This document shows positions 11,607 through 22,027 of a DNA stretch of 64,000 bases, in pieces. Every line of letters starts with the position of its first letter. Position 1 is the stretch's first letter. Where the stretch lies: NCBI GenBank assembly GCA_963702845.1, contig OY969763.1, positions 2,144,001-2,208,000 of the forward strand, read 5' to 3'. The translations under genes and the position numbers were made by a program. This DNA is from an uncultured Verrucomicrobiae bacterium. Its GTDB lineage: Bacteria > Verrucomicrobiota > Verrucomicrobiia > Limisphaerales > Palsa-1400. The notes beneath the pieces were generated by a model that saw only the letters and a list, made by a program, of their open reading frames with translations, did no database searches and was not told where the DNA came from.

Positions 11607-11916
11607 AACCTGATCTTGACATCACATCGCAGACTTGGAACCACGACGTGGCGGACAGGTTCGTCTTGATGGGGGTAAACGTCAAATTTAATTTTAGGTT
11701 TCTTCCTACCTCCACATCGGGGAAAACCACTCCGGTTCCGAGCCTCGGCCACCAATACTCTCCATCTTCTTCCCCTTACCGACTCACAGACTCACGAATT
11801 TCGTTCTACACCCAACCGCGTGATACTCCTACACCCCTCACTATTGACACCATCTGCAAATTTCCTTATCCATTCCCGCGTCAAGGATTCGGTTTAACAA
11901 ACAAAAGGATATAAAT

Positions 11917-12621
11917 ATGGAATACTCTCAGGCCCCTATGGTCGTGGCGGACGCACCCGCTGATGCACGTGCTGCGTTTATTCGCCGCACCTACAGTCAT
12001 CTAGCTGGCGCGATTTTTGCCTTCATCGCCCTTGAAATCGCATTCTTCAGTCTCGGCCTGCCAGAGCCGTTCACTAAGACCATCTTTTCTGCCCCATTCG
12101 GATGGCTGATCGTGCTTGGCTCATTCATCGGCGTTTCCTGGCTGGCTGAATACTGGGCCAATTCCAACACCTCCATCAAAACCCAATACATAGGCCTCGG
12201 TCTTTACGTTGTTGCCGAAGCCGTCATCTTCATGCCGCTGCTCTACATGGCTGTAAGCTACTCATCTCCCGATGTCATTCCGACGGCTGCTTTGATCACC
12301 GGCCTGCTTTTCGGCGGCCTGACCTACACCGCGTTCACCGTGAAAACTGACTTCTCCTTTTTGGGCGGAGCCCTCAAAATCGGCGGTTTTGTTGCATTAG
12401 GCGTCATTGTCGGCGCGTGTATCTGGGGCTTTACCCTCGGTCTGCTCTTCTCGAGCGTAATGGTCGTTTTTGCAGGCGGCTGTATTCTTTACACGACCAG
12501 CAACATCCTGCACCGCTACAACACCAACCAACACGTTGCCGCCTCCCTGTCATTATTCGCCGCCGTCGCGTTGATGTTCTGGTACATCCTGCGCATCCTC
12601 ATGCGCTTCACGCGCCGCTAA
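11917..12621 (+). CDS. Bax inhibitor-1/YccA family membrane protein
   Basis: FIRRTYSHL, ~7 hydrophobic helices, DFSFLG, ILYTTSNI. Confidence 0.85.
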   Translation: MEYSQAPMVVADAPADARAAFIRRTYSHLAGAIFAFIALEIAFFSLGLPEPFTKTIFSAPFGWLIVLGSFIGVSWLAEYWANSNTSIKTQYIGLGLYVVAEAVIFMPLLYMAVSYSSPDVIPTAALITGLLFGGLTYTAFTVKTDFSFLGGALKIGGFVALGVIVGACIWGFTLGLLFSSVMVVFAGGCILYTTSNILHRYNTNQHVAASLSLFAAVALMFWYILRILMRFTRR

Positions 12622-12629
12622 TTTGATAC

Positions 12630-12652
12630 GTAGCAGCCGACGTGAAAGGCTG
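12630..12652 (+). repeat. GTAG-type REP-like palindrome
   Basis: GTAG followed by CAGCC-GACGTGAAA-GGCTG hairpin just after a stop codon. Confidence 0.5.
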
Positions 12653-12666
12653 AGATTTAACAACAC

Positions 12667-12701
12667 ACGCCTGACCGTGTTCAAAGCCGGTCAGGCGTTT
12701 T
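12667..12701 (+). terminator. Probable intrinsic terminator
   Basis: ACGCCTGACCG / CGGTCAGGCGT 11-bp stem followed by T run. Confidence 0.55.
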
Positions 12702-13122
12702 CGCGTACGCAACAGGCGCCGGGTTGCAGTTTTAAAAATATCATCGAAATGTTTCTACTTCTGGCAACTTCCTTCTACTTTCGGCAATTAGTTGCCAAAT
12801 GGAGAAATTTAGTAGAAGGAAATGTTTCTACTTTTGTCAAAGATCATCTCCGGGTTGCACTTCAACCCGTAGCCGGTAAGGGCCGGCAGCCGAAGGAGTT
12901 ATAACAGTGAAGAGACGGCCTGTCAAAAGATGTGCCGTTACGCCATTCCGGACCGAGAGTGGCAATGATGGCACCCTGGGATTCTAGCCGGGTCATCGTC
13001 GCATTCATCAAGTGTAGTGCTTGTGCGGTTTAGCCCGAACCCGCGTTGCTGTTTAACCACCAACGAAAGTTACGCCCGTTATCCAATGTCTGTTATACGA
13101 AAACGGGGCGTACGTTTTTAGT

Positions 13123-14139
13123 ATGATGACGAAAATGACGGCTGTGCAGGTCAGCAAAGCGGGTGGGGATTTTGAAGTGGTGGAACGTAATATTCCGGAA
13201 CCGGGTCCCGGGCAGGTGCGGGTGAAGGTGGAGGCTTGTGGAATTTGTCACAGCGATGTGCTGGTTAAGGAGGGATTGTGGCCGGGGATCCAGTATCCGC
13301 GAGTGCCGGGCCATGAAATTGCTGGACGTATCGATGCGATCGGCGCGGGTGTGACGGAATGGAAGGGCGGACAACAGGTAGGCGTCGGCTGGCATGGCGG
13401 ACATTGTTTTGTTTGTGAGCAGTGCAGGCGTGGTGATTTCGCGATGTGTGCCCGACGTAAAATCACCGGGATCGATTTGGACGGTGGTTATGCCGAATAC
13501 ATGATCGCGCGCGCGGAAAGTCTTGCGGCGGTCCCAGATAATTTGCCGCCGGAAGAAGTCGGGCCGTTTATGTGTGCTGGGGTGACGGTCTTTAATGCGT
13601 TGCTGAATTCAGGGGCGCGCGCCGGCGATTTGGTGGCGGTGCTCGGAATTGGCGGGCTTGGACATTTGGGTGTGCAATATGCGCGTCAGATGGGCTTTGA
13701 AACGGTGGCGGTGGGGCGCGGGAAAGACAAGGAACCGCTGGCGCGGAAGCTGGGAGCGCATCATTATATCGATTCGGGTGCGTCCGATGCTGCGGTCGAA
13801 TTGCAAAAGCTCGGCGGAGCGCGGGTGATTTTGGCGACAGCACCGAACGCAAAGGCGATTTCCTCTATGATAGAAGGTTTGGGAGCGAATGGGAAGATAG
13901 TGGTTCCAGCGGCGCCGTCGGATCCGTTGACGGTAAGCGTAATGCCATTGATCAGCGGACGGCTGTGCTTGTGCGGCATCTACTCAGGCACGGCGAGAGA
14001 CTCTCAAGACACTTTGGAATTCAGTTTGTTGAAGGACGTGCATCCGATGATTGAGAAGTTTCCGTTGGCTCGCGCGGCGGAAGCTTATGAACGGATGAAT
14101 AGCGGGAAGGCACGTTTCCGCGCGGTGTTGACGATGTAG
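13123..14139 (+). CDS. Zinc-dependent alcohol dehydrogenase (MDR family)
   Basis: GICHSD, PGHE, CxxCxxC...C structural Zn site, GIGGLG. Confidence 0.92.
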   Translation: MMTKMTAVQVSKAGGDFEVVERNIPEPGPGQVRVKVEACGICHSDVLVKEGLWPGIQYPRVPGHEIAGRIDAIGAGVTEWKGGQQVGVGWHGGHCFVCEQCRRGDFAMCARRKITGIDLDGGYAEYMIARAESLAAVPDNLPPEEVGPFMCAGVTVFNALLNSGARAGDLVAVLGIGGLGHLGVQYARQMGFETVAVGRGKDKEPLARKLGAHHYIDSGASDAAVELQKLGGARVILATAPNAKAISSMIEGLGANGKIVVPAAPSDPLTVSVMPLISGRLCLCGIYSGTARDSQDTLEFSLLKDVHPMIEKFPLARAAEAYERMNSGKARFRAVLTM

Positions 14140-14151
14140 AAACAAATCCGG

Positions 14152-15081
14152 TTAATGCAAAGATTGGCGTTGCAAGAATTCTTGTGTCAAACGGATGACC
14201 TCGGGCGCCTGCTCGTCTAAAGCGAAGTGCCCGGCATCCAGGATATGCACCTCGGCGGCTGGAACGTCTTTACGATATGCTTCGGCGCCTGCGACGACGA
14301 ATGAGGGATCGTAACGGCCCCACAGGACAAGCGTGGGAGGCTGGTGTTCACGGAGCCATTTTTGCCAGGAAGGATATGCTTTGAGATTGTTCTGATAGTC
14401 GTAGAACAGGTCCATTTGGATGTCGGGTTGGCCGGGTTGGTTCAGGAAATAAAATTCATCGGTCCATGTGTCGGGATCGATGTGCTCGTGGTGCGGCGAA
14501 GAACCGATGTGCCGATTTCGTGTGCTTTGCACTGAGAGAAAACCGCGCCGCATCTCGGCTTCGTGTGCTGATCGATTTTTCCAGAATTCTTTTCTCGACG
14601 CCCAAATATGAGAGAGCCCTTCTTCGTGTGAAACAGCGTTTTGGATGATCAGCGCGTGGACTTTTTCGGGATGCGCTAAAGCCATCCGCATGCCGACCGG
14701 TCCGCCGTAGTCGTGCAAGAAAAGTGTGTAGCGCTCCAGATGCAGTTTTGCGGTGAAGTCCTGCATGATTTGCGCGATGTGGTCAAAGGTGTAGCGGAAG
14801 GATTTTGGATCCGGCCACGATGAATGACCGAAGCCGGGATAGTCCGGAGCGATCAATCGATAGTCGTTTGTCAGGGAGGATTCCAGCATCGGCTGGTACA
14901 TCCGCGACGAAGTCGGGACACCGTGCAGCAGGAGCAAAACCGGCGCATCTTTCGGCCCCGCTTCACGATAGAAGATATCAACATCATCGACGCGAACAGT
15001 GTGATACGTAACGGCGGCTTCAGATGAGATCAACGCTACGTTCATAAAAATAAAAGCGATCGATGCCAGAATGATTTTCAT
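14152..15081 (-). CDS. Alpha/beta fold hydrolase with signal peptide
   Basis: LLHGVP, APDYPGFG, HDYGG nucleophile elbow, DAGHFALD. Confidence 0.9.
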   Translation of the reverse strand: MKIILASIAFIFMNVALISSEAAVTYHTVRVDDVDIFYREAGPKDAPVLLLLHGVPTSSRMYQPMLESSLTNDYRLIAPDYPGFGHSSWPDPKSFRYTFDHIAQIMQDFTAKLHLERYTLFLHDYGGPVGMRMALAHPEKVHALIIQNAVSHEEGLSHIWASRKEFWKNRSAHEAEMRRGFLSVQSTRNRHIGSSPHHEHIDPDTWTDEFYFLNQPGQPDIQMDLFYDYQNNLKAYPSWQKWLREHQPPTLVLWGRYDPSFVVAGAEAYRKDVPAAEVHILDAGHFALDEQAPEVIRLTQEFLQRQSLH

Positions 15082-15096
15082 TTGGTTTTCTGAACA

Positions 15097-15612
15097 TCAG
15101 TCGTGTGACGGTTCGATCTCAAAGAGAGTGTCGACCACCAACGGCGCATTCAGCGGCAGGCTTTGAACGCCGTAAACCAAACGGGTATGGCCTAGTTTTG
15201 GACCGAAAATTTGGGCGAACAAATCCGACGCGCCATCTGCAACAATAGCGTGCTCGGTGAATTGCTCTGTTGCCGACATCAAGACCGTCAGTTTGACGAG
15301 TTTGATGAGACGATTCAGGTCGCCGAGATGTTGTTTGGCTGCTGCGAGAGCGTTGAGGGAAGCGATTCTCGCGGCTTCCTGGCCTTGCTTGACCGACACG
15401 TTGTCACCAAGTCGGCCCACGATGGTGAGCTTACGATTTATAACGGGCAAAATGCCGCTCAGGAACAGCAGATTGCCGACGTCGGAAGATTCGACGTAGT
15501 TGCCCAGCGGCGTTGGTGGCGCGGGCAAGGTTATACCGAGCTCATTAAGCCGCGATATTACGTCAACCGTTGCTATATCATTACCACTTCGCTCCAGCAT
15601 GTGCTCCTCCAT
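15097..15612 (-). CDS. RidA/YjgF family protein
   Basis: LGITLP..P.PLGNY, LFLSG, VADGASDL, HTR..GVQSLP; exact start uncertain. Confidence 0.85.
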   Translation of the reverse strand: MEEHMLERSGNDIATVDVISRLNELGITLPAPPTPLGNYVESSDVGNLLFLSGILPVINRKLTIVGRLGDNVSVKQGQEAARIASLNALAAAKQHLGDLNRLIKLVKLTVLMSATEQFTEHAIVADGASDLFAQIFGPKLGHTRLVYGVQSLPLNAPLVVDTLFEIEPSHD

Positions 15613-16307
15613 CGATCCGAATATTTTCTCCGTTTACCATCGTTGCTGATTGCAAATAGAAGACGGCGTCGACAATGTCCGAGATCTGCACCAGTCGCGG
15701 CACAGGGTGCAATTTTTTCAGAAGCTCGTGATCGTCCTTGTCGTGCATCGGTGTATCGACAACGCCGGGCGAAATGGTGTTGAAGCGGTGCGACAAATTC
15801 CATCGCCAAAGCGCGACTGAACGCCGGGATGGTCGACTTGGTGAGAACGGCCAACGCGATGTGTGCACCAGCCAACGGTTGATCGGTCAAAACCGTGGAG
15901 ATGCCAACGACGTGACCTGATTTCTGTTTCCGCATGTGCGGGACGACCTGTTGTGTAAGGAAAAAATAACCGGCAACATTGGTCGCGATCATGAGTTCGA
16001 AATCAGCTGGAGAATAATCAGTGAAGGGTTTGGAAAGGTAGATGCCGGCGCTGTTAACGAGGAGATCGACACGCCCAAACTGTTTGATTGCTGCGTCGAC
16101 AACTTTGATCGCGATCTCCTTGTCGCCAATGTTGCCGTCGACCAAGGCGAGATTTTCGGACGGTTTTAATTCTTTTGAGCGGCTGATCGTCCGCGAATTT
16201 GCGACAACAGAATAGTCATGTTGCAGAAGCGCGCGGGTGATGCCCAATCCAATGCCACTGGATGCACCAGTGACGATTGCAACGGAATTGTTTTTTTGAT
16301 CCCCCAT
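15581..16307 (-). CDS. Short-chain dehydrogenase/reductase, frameshifted near 15790
   Basis: VTGASSGIG, DLLVNSAG in one frame; NTISPGVVDTPM...GENIRIDGG in another. Confidence 0.8.
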
Positions 16308-16386
16308 AACTTCCAGACACAATAGTTGTTCGCGTATTGAAATGACTGCGCAACCTCAGGCTCACGTTGCCTAAAACGAAGTACCG

Positions 16387-17079
16387 TTAAGCGTGAACCA
16401 TCTGCTCCTTGAGTTGCGCGAGAAGATTCCTGGCCGTGACGGTTGAGGAGGCTGGGTTCTGTCCAGTAATGAGGCGGCCATCCACGATCGAAAAGGGCTG
16501 CCAATTGGGGACCTTTTCGAATTTGGCTCCGAGGCGTTTCAGTTCATCCTCGACGAGGAAGGGAACAACTTTGGTGAGCTGAACCTCTGCTTCCTCTTCA
16601 TTCGTAAATCCAGTTACGCGCTTTCCCTTTACGAGAGGTTGCCCCTGGTATTTGACATGACGGAGCACGCCTGGAGAATGACAGACAAGCGCGATCAGCT
16701 TGCCGGAGTTGTAAAACGACTCGAGCAATGTGATCGAGTTCGGGTCCTCCGCCAGATCCCACATGGGACCGTGCCCGCCCGGATAGAAGACGGTGTCGAA
16801 ATCTTCGGATTTTACATCCGCAAGGCGGACGGTGTGCGCGAGTGCCTCTTGCGCAGTTTTATCCTTTTTGAATCGCGTCATTGCAGGCGTTTGATTTTCG
16901 GGAAGGTCACTTACTGGATCGACCGGCGGCTGGCCGCCTTTGGGCGAAGCCAGCGTCAGTTCGACACCTGCGTCTTTGAAAACGAAATAAGGGGCCGCGA
17001 ATTCTTCCAACCAAAAACCGGTCTTACGGCCGGTGTTGCCGAGTGTATCGTGGGAGGTTATGACCATCAAAATCTTCAT
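16387..17079 (-). CDS. DJ-1/PfpI (Hsp31-like) family protein
   Basis: TGFWLEE, PGGHGPMWDL, VCHSP, ITGQNPAS. Confidence 0.92.
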   Translation of the reverse strand: MKILMVITSHDTLGNTGRKTGFWLEEFAAPYFVFKDAGVELTLASPKGGQPPVDPVSDLPENQTPAMTRFKKDKTAQEALAHTVRLADVKSEDFDTVFYPGGHGPMWDLAEDPNSITLLESFYNSGKLIALVCHSPGVLRHVKYQGQPLVKGKRVTGFTNEEEAEVQLTKVVPFLVEDELKRLGAKFEKVPNWQPFSIVDGRLITGQNPASSTVTARNLLAQLKEQMVHA

Positions 17080-17396
17080 GTTCTTTTCTCCTTAGGATTT
17101 AGTTCACATACCATCTGACCTGGGCGGGAATCGTTCAATGGAGACGAACTGGTTTCTCGGACTAGTCATCCGCTGTAACACCCGCACAGCAAATATCGTG
17201 ATCGCTCTGGGTTGGTTCGAAAGCGGGATGCCTGATAAGCACAAGCGAACAGTGTGTCGGGGCCTGGCAAAATGCTCTATGTGTTGAAACTATATCGCCC
17301 GAGATGAGATGACGTGTAACGCTTGTCGCAAATAAATGGTCACGATTTGCTTCGCTGTTACCGTAAAAAGTAGTTGGAAATCAAAGGGGTTCCCGG

Positions 17397-18743
17397 ATGG
17401 CCTCAAATCATTTCGATCTTATCGTCATCGGCAGCGGGGAGGCAGGCGGGACTGTTGCACGTGCTTGCCGGTCCGCCGGCTGGGATGTCGCCGTGATTGA
17501 TTCGCAACCTTTTGGAGGGACTTGTCCGCTTCGTGGTTGCGATCCGAAAAAAGTGCTCGTTGGGGCTGCTCAATTGGTCGATTGGAGCAGGCGAATGAAA
17601 GGGCGCGGGGTGACCGGAGATGAAGTGATCGATTGGCCTTCACTGATGCGGTTTAAGAGGACGTTTACTGCACCTGTTTCTAAAGCGCGGGAAAAAGAGT
17701 ATGCTGATGATGGGATTGTGGCGTTGCACCGCCGGGTCAAGTTTCGTGATCAATCATCTCTCGTTGGCGATGGGGAGGTATTGACGGCGGATCATTTCGT
17801 GATAGCGGGCGGCGCGAAACCAGTCTCTCTTAAAATCCCTGGTGAAGAATTTCTGACGACCAGCACGCTATTTCTCGACCTGGACAAACTTCCAAAACAA
17901 TTAGTTTTTGTTGGCGGAGGATACATTGCTTTTGAGTTTGCCCACGTTGCGGTCCGCGCGGGCGCGGAGGTCAGGATTGTTAATCGCGGGCTACCACTCA
18001 AAGGTTTTGATCGGGATCTCGTGGACGAGCTTCTCAAGGCGACGAGAGAGGTGGGTATTGATGTCTGGAACAACGCCGTTGTTAAGACGATAGAGAAAGG
18101 ACCTGGAGGGTTGAGAGTTCAAGCGTCGACGGAAAACGGGGAGCAAGCGTTTGATGCGGAAATGGTGGTTCACGCCGCGGGGCGAGTTCCTGATATCGAT
18201 GATCTCGGTCTGGATACGGCAAACGTGGAAAGAGGGGCGAGAGGCGTTGTCGTGAATGAGTATCTGCAGAGCGTTTCGAACCCCGCTGTCTACTCGGCCG
18301 GTGATGCGGCTGCTTCGGGGCTTCCTCTGACGCCCTCGGCAATTCTCGAAGCCAACATCGTTTCGCAGAATCTGGTTCAGGGCAACAAATACAAACCCGA
18401 TTACCGAGGAATGGCGACGGTCGTCTACTCCGAGCCGCCCCTTGCGTCAGTGGGGCTCAGCATAAAAATGGCGACTGAGCAGGGACTGGAATTTGATGTC
18501 AAACAAGGTAACACATCGTCCTGGTATAATTCACGCCGGATAGGTGCTACACATGGCGCTTTTAAGGTCCTGATCGAAAAAGGGACGAACCATGTTCTCG
18601 GCGCCCACCTGCTCGGTCCGGATGTCGACGAAGTTATAAGTCTCTTCAGTATGGCAATTCGGTTTGGACTCAAAGCCTCGGAGATCAAGAAGATTCCCTT
18701 TGCCTATCCGACGCATTCTTATGATATCGGTTACATGCTTTAA
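17397..18743 (+). CDS. FAD-dependent pyridine nucleotide-disulfide oxidoreductase (glutathione reductase-like)
   Basis: GGTCPLRGCDPKK redox-active CxxxxC, GGGYIAFE, AGD, C-terminal YPT. Confidence 0.88.
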   Translation: MASNHFDLIVIGSGEAGGTVARACRSAGWDVAVIDSQPFGGTCPLRGCDPKKVLVGAAQLVDWSRRMKGRGVTGDEVIDWPSLMRFKRTFTAPVSKAREKEYADDGIVALHRRVKFRDQSSLVGDGEVLTADHFVIAGGAKPVSLKIPGEEFLTTSTLFLDLDKLPKQLVFVGGGYIAFEFAHVAVRAGAEVRIVNRGLPLKGFDRDLVDELLKATREVGIDVWNNAVVKTIEKGPGGLRVQASTENGEQAFDAEMVVHAAGRVPDIDDLGLDTANVERGARGVVVNEYLQSVSNPAVYSAGDAAASGLPLTPSAILEANIVSQNLVQGNKYKPDYRGMATVVYSEPPLASVGLSIKMATEQGLEFDVKQGNTSSWYNSRRIGATHGAFKVLIEKGTNHVLGAHLLGPDVDEVISLFSMAIRFGLKASEIKKIPFAYPTHSYDIGYML

Positions 18744-18747
18744 TTGA

Positions 18748-20235
18748 CTATGCAGGTCTTAGTTGAAGGCCTCGCGGGATGAGGAATCGGTCCAGAATGG
18801 AAAACAAGCCTTGGGCGGCGATGGCGATTAGTGCTGCGGGGATGGCACCTTCCAGAATTGTAGCGTGATCGTTGAGGTTTAAGCCGCTGATGATTGGTTC
18901 GCCCAGGCCGCCGGCTCCGATGAGAGCTGCAAGGGTCGCGGTGCCGATATTAATAATGGCGCTGGTTTTTATTCCGGCGAGGATGGATGGGGATGCGAGC
19001 GGAAGGAAAACTTTGAAAAGGCGCGTCCGCCATTTGAGACCCAGGACTTCCGTCGCATCTCTTATTTGCGGGGGAATATCGCGCAAGCCGGTGGCGGTGT
19101 TTCTCACGATCGGTAATAAGCCATATAAAAACAGTGCAACGATGGCGGTGATTGGGCGGATTCCGAGGAAGGGAATTGGAACGAGCAGCGCGAGTAACGC
19201 GAGAGATGGGATGGTTTGAATCAGGCCCGTTATTGTTAGGATGAGTTCACTGACGAAGCCCGGTCTGCTCGCGTAAATGCCGAGGGGAATGCCGATGGCG
19301 ATCGCGGCGGCCAATGACAGGCCGACGAGTTCGAGGTGACGGACGGTCCATCGTGCGAGCTTATGCCGCAATGGCTCGGCACGACCAACGGTGCTGGCTT
19401 GGCCGATCTGTTTGAAATAGGCGTCGGCGGCTGAGCTGTAGTCTTTGGTGCGTTCCGCAATTTCGTTGAGTTGAATCATTCGCGCTTCGTTCAATGTGCC
19501 TTCCAATTGTCGAAGGGCCTTAATTGCGATTGACGGAGTGTCGAGGCGGTAGAGGAATACAGCGCGGTATTGCGGAAAAAATTTGAGGTCGTCTGTCAAG
19601 ACAACTAAGTCGTTCTCCCCGATTTTCGCGTCGGTAGTGTACGCGTCTTTGACGTCAATCTCGCCGTTGAGCAACGCAACGTAGCCTAACGTATGATCCA
19701 CTCCTCGGACGTTCGGCATGTTTAGGCCATAGCGCTGTGCGAGTGGGCTCCAACCGTCTTGGCGCCCGAGGAATTCGTGCGTCAATCCAAGCTTGAGTTC
19801 AGGATGTTTGGAGAGATCGCTGATTTTGTGAATGGCTAGTTGATTGGCGCGGGCTCTCGTCATAACCAGGGCGTAGGTGTTGTTGAATCCGAGTTCTTCG
19901 GTAATGCCTATTCCGTATTGGGCCAATTGTTCGCGCAGCGTGGGGACTGAAGGTGCGACGTGACGTTTTAGAATTTCCTCTTGGACAGTTCCCGTGTAGT
20001 CGGGATAGGCTGCGATCGATCCCTGTCGCAACGCTTCCCATAGGATGATTGTTCCACCCATGCCCTGGTGATGTTCGACGCGAAATCCGGCTTGCTGCAG
20101 GCTGCGTTTTGCCAGTTCCGCCAACACGTACGATTCAGTGAATTTTTTTGAACCTATGACAATCACGTCATCGGCGGCATGTGCTGCGCAATTTGCGAGG
20201 AGTGACGCAACGAGCAAGGCAATCAAAAGCTTCAT
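18748..20235 (-). CDS. Fused substrate-binding/permease subunit of a betaine (QAT)-family ABC transporter
   Basis: IGSKKFTESY, YPDYTGT, LGFNNTYAL (OpuAC-like) followed by TM domain with QTIPSLAL, IGAGGLG. Confidence 0.9.
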   Translation of the reverse strand: MKLLIALLVASLLANCAAHAADDVIVIGSKKFTESYVLAELAKRSLQQAGFRVEHHQGMGGTIILWEALRQGSIAAYPDYTGTVQEEILKRHVAPSVPTLREQLAQYGIGITEELGFNNTYALVMTRARANQLAIHKISDLSKHPELKLGLTHEFLGRQDGWSPLAQRYGLNMPNVRGVDHTLGYVALLNGEIDVKDAYTTDAKIGENDLVVLTDDLKFFPQYRAVFLYRLDTPSIAIKALRQLEGTLNEARMIQLNEIAERTKDYSSAADAYFKQIGQASTVGRAEPLRHKLARWTVRHLELVGLSLAAAIAIGIPLGIYASRPGFVSELILTITGLIQTIPSLALLALLVPIPFLGIRPITAIVALFLYGLLPIVRNTATGLRDIPPQIRDATEVLGLKWRTRLFKVFLPLASPSILAGIKTSAIINIGTATLAALIGAGGLGEPIISGLNLNDHATILEGAIPAALIAIAAQGLFSILDRFLIPRGLQLRPA

Positions 20236-20966
20236 GACTGGACCCCCTCCAATTGTGCGTTAAAGAATTCGCAAACGAAGGCATCGGCTGGACAGAGCGA
20301 GAATTCAGCAAACGCACCTTGTTGAACGATTCTTCCCGATTTTAGCAACACGACAAAGTCGCCAAGTCGCGCCGCTTCCACGAGATCGTGTGTCACGAGA
20401 ATGACCGTTGTATTCAACCGCTCGAAGAGTGACTTCAAATCTCGGACGAGAGCGGCACGGACCATCGGATCGAGAGCGCCCAAAGGTTCGTCGAGCAGAA
20501 GTATATCGGGTTTCAACATCAACGCGCGCATGAGACTCACACGCCGTTGTTCGCCGCCGGAAAGCTCGACTGGATAACGGTCGAGCAACGTGTGAGGGAA
20601 TTTTGTGAGGACGCACAGTTCCTTCAGTCGCGCGGTCATACCCTGAGATGGCAGTCGTAATTCTTGCGCCACCAGCAGGATGTTTTGGCGCGCGGTAAGA
20701 TGCGGAAATAAATCACCACTTTGGATCACGTAACCCATTTGATGGCAAAATTCTGGGACCGTGTCGCGGGTAAGTTTCTTGCCGTTGATTTCGACCCAGC
20801 CAGCGGTCGGTTCGATTAATCCGGAGATGATCCGCAGGATGGTGGATTTTCCAGAACCGCTCGGACCGATCAGGACGGTTGTTTTGTGCGAGGGAATTTC
20901 GAGGTCGGTGGGTTGCAGTGCGACTTCGCTGCCAAACATCTTGCTTGTCTTGTGCAAGTGAATCAT
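20232..20966 (-). CDS. ABC transporter ATP-binding subunit
   Basis: GPSGSGKST, LSGGEQ, LLLDEP, VTHD; 4-bp overlaps with both neighbours. Confidence 0.93.
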   Translation of the reverse strand: MIHLHKTSKMFGSEVALQPTDLEIPSHKTTVLIGPSGSGKSTILRIISGLIEPTAGWVEINGKKLTRDTVPEFCHQMGYVIQSGDLFPHLTARQNILLVAQELRLPSQGMTARLKELCVLTKFPHTLLDRYPVELSGGEQRRVSLMRALMLKPDILLLDEPLGALDPMVRAALVRDLKSLFERLNTTVILVTHDLVEAARLGDFVVLLKSGRIVQQGAFAEFSLCPADAFVCEFFNAQLEGVQS

Positions 20967-22027
20967 TGAGTGGCATTCATTGGCGGGGAAAGTGCGCGGA
21001 GTATCTGTCCAGCTTCATCCGAATCGACGAAATGCTTTCCCACGACTGCGGGAACTGTTCTGACCCGCAAATATAGTACGCTGAACAAACGATTTGGGTC
21101 TTCCCAGTTCTTCACCAATTCGAAGCCGGCACTCAATGCAATTCCAGCAAAACCGGTCACTGAATATTTGTACGAATATTCTGTGGTGATGTATTCATCA
21201 GGCTCGAAGCTGAATTCTTGTGAACCGAGGTGTACGATTTGCCGACGTGTGCTGACGAGGTGCATCTCGATTCGTCCGAGCTTTTCGTTATAGGGCGCGC
21301 GGTGGCGGAAGGAGGCGCGGTCGAAATCGGCGCCTAATTCACGGTTGGCGCGGTCGAGGATATTGAGGTTGAAGGCGGCCGTGATTCCTTTGCGGTCATT
21401 GTAGGCGGGCTCCAGGATATGTTTCTCTTTTTTTCGATCAACGCCGATCAGCAGGCCTCCGTCCCTGCCACAAAGTCGCGCGATGTTGCGTAGAAAAGAG
21501 GTGGCCGCTGTAGGCTCAAAATTGCCAATGGTAGAACCGGGGAAAAACGCGACGGTTTGCTTTGGCTTTCGGCTCGTGCTCGGGAGATGAGGAATTTGAG
21601 TGTAGTCAGCTTCCAACGGGTTGATTTCGAGGTGGGGAAAATCCGTAGCCAATTGAGCGGCTGAGTCAAAAAGCTGAGGGCCGGAGATATCGATTGGAAT
21701 GTAGCTATTAATCTTTTGAACATGAGTCAAGAGATGGCGTGTCTTGGTGCTGGTGCCGCTGCCAAATTCCACCAAACGACAACCCCAGCCGATCGAACGA
21801 GCAATTTCATGGATGTTGTCGCGCAGGATCTGGTTTTCGGTTCGCGTGGGATAATACTCCTCCAACTCGCAGATTTCGTTGAACAGACTTGAGCCCTTCT
21901 CGTCGTAGAGAAACTTGCAGGGGAGGGTCTTTTGCGGTTGGGAAAGTCCAGCTAGAGCTTCGGCTAGAAAAGCATCCTCTGAGGACGGACAGTTAATTGA
22001 CGGAGAAAGTGACATCGCGTGTTTCAT
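20963..22027 (-). CDS. egtD: L-histidine N-alpha-trimethyltransferase
   Basis: KTLPCKFLYDEKGS.LF..IC.LEEYYPTRTE, EFGSG, GSTIGNF, TEYSYKY; start placed at ATG 22027 overlapping the egtB stop. Confidence 0.93.
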   Translation of the reverse strand: MKHAMSLSPSINCPSSEDAFLAEALAGLSQPQKTLPCKFLYDEKGSSLFNEICELEEYYPTRTENQILRDNIHEIARSIGWGCRLVEFGSGTSTKTRHLLTHVQKINSYIPIDISGPQLFDSAAQLATDFPHLEINPLEADYTQIPHLPSTSRKPKQTVAFFPGSTIGNFEPTAATSFLRNIARLCGRDGGLLIGVDRKKEKHILEPAYNDRKGITAAFNLNILDRANRELGADFDRASFRHRAPYNEKLGRIEMHLVSTRRQIVHLGSQEFSFEPDEYITTEYSYKYSVTGFAGIALSAGFELVKNWEDPNRLFSVLYLRVRTVPAVVGKHFVDSDEAGQILRALSPPMNATQ

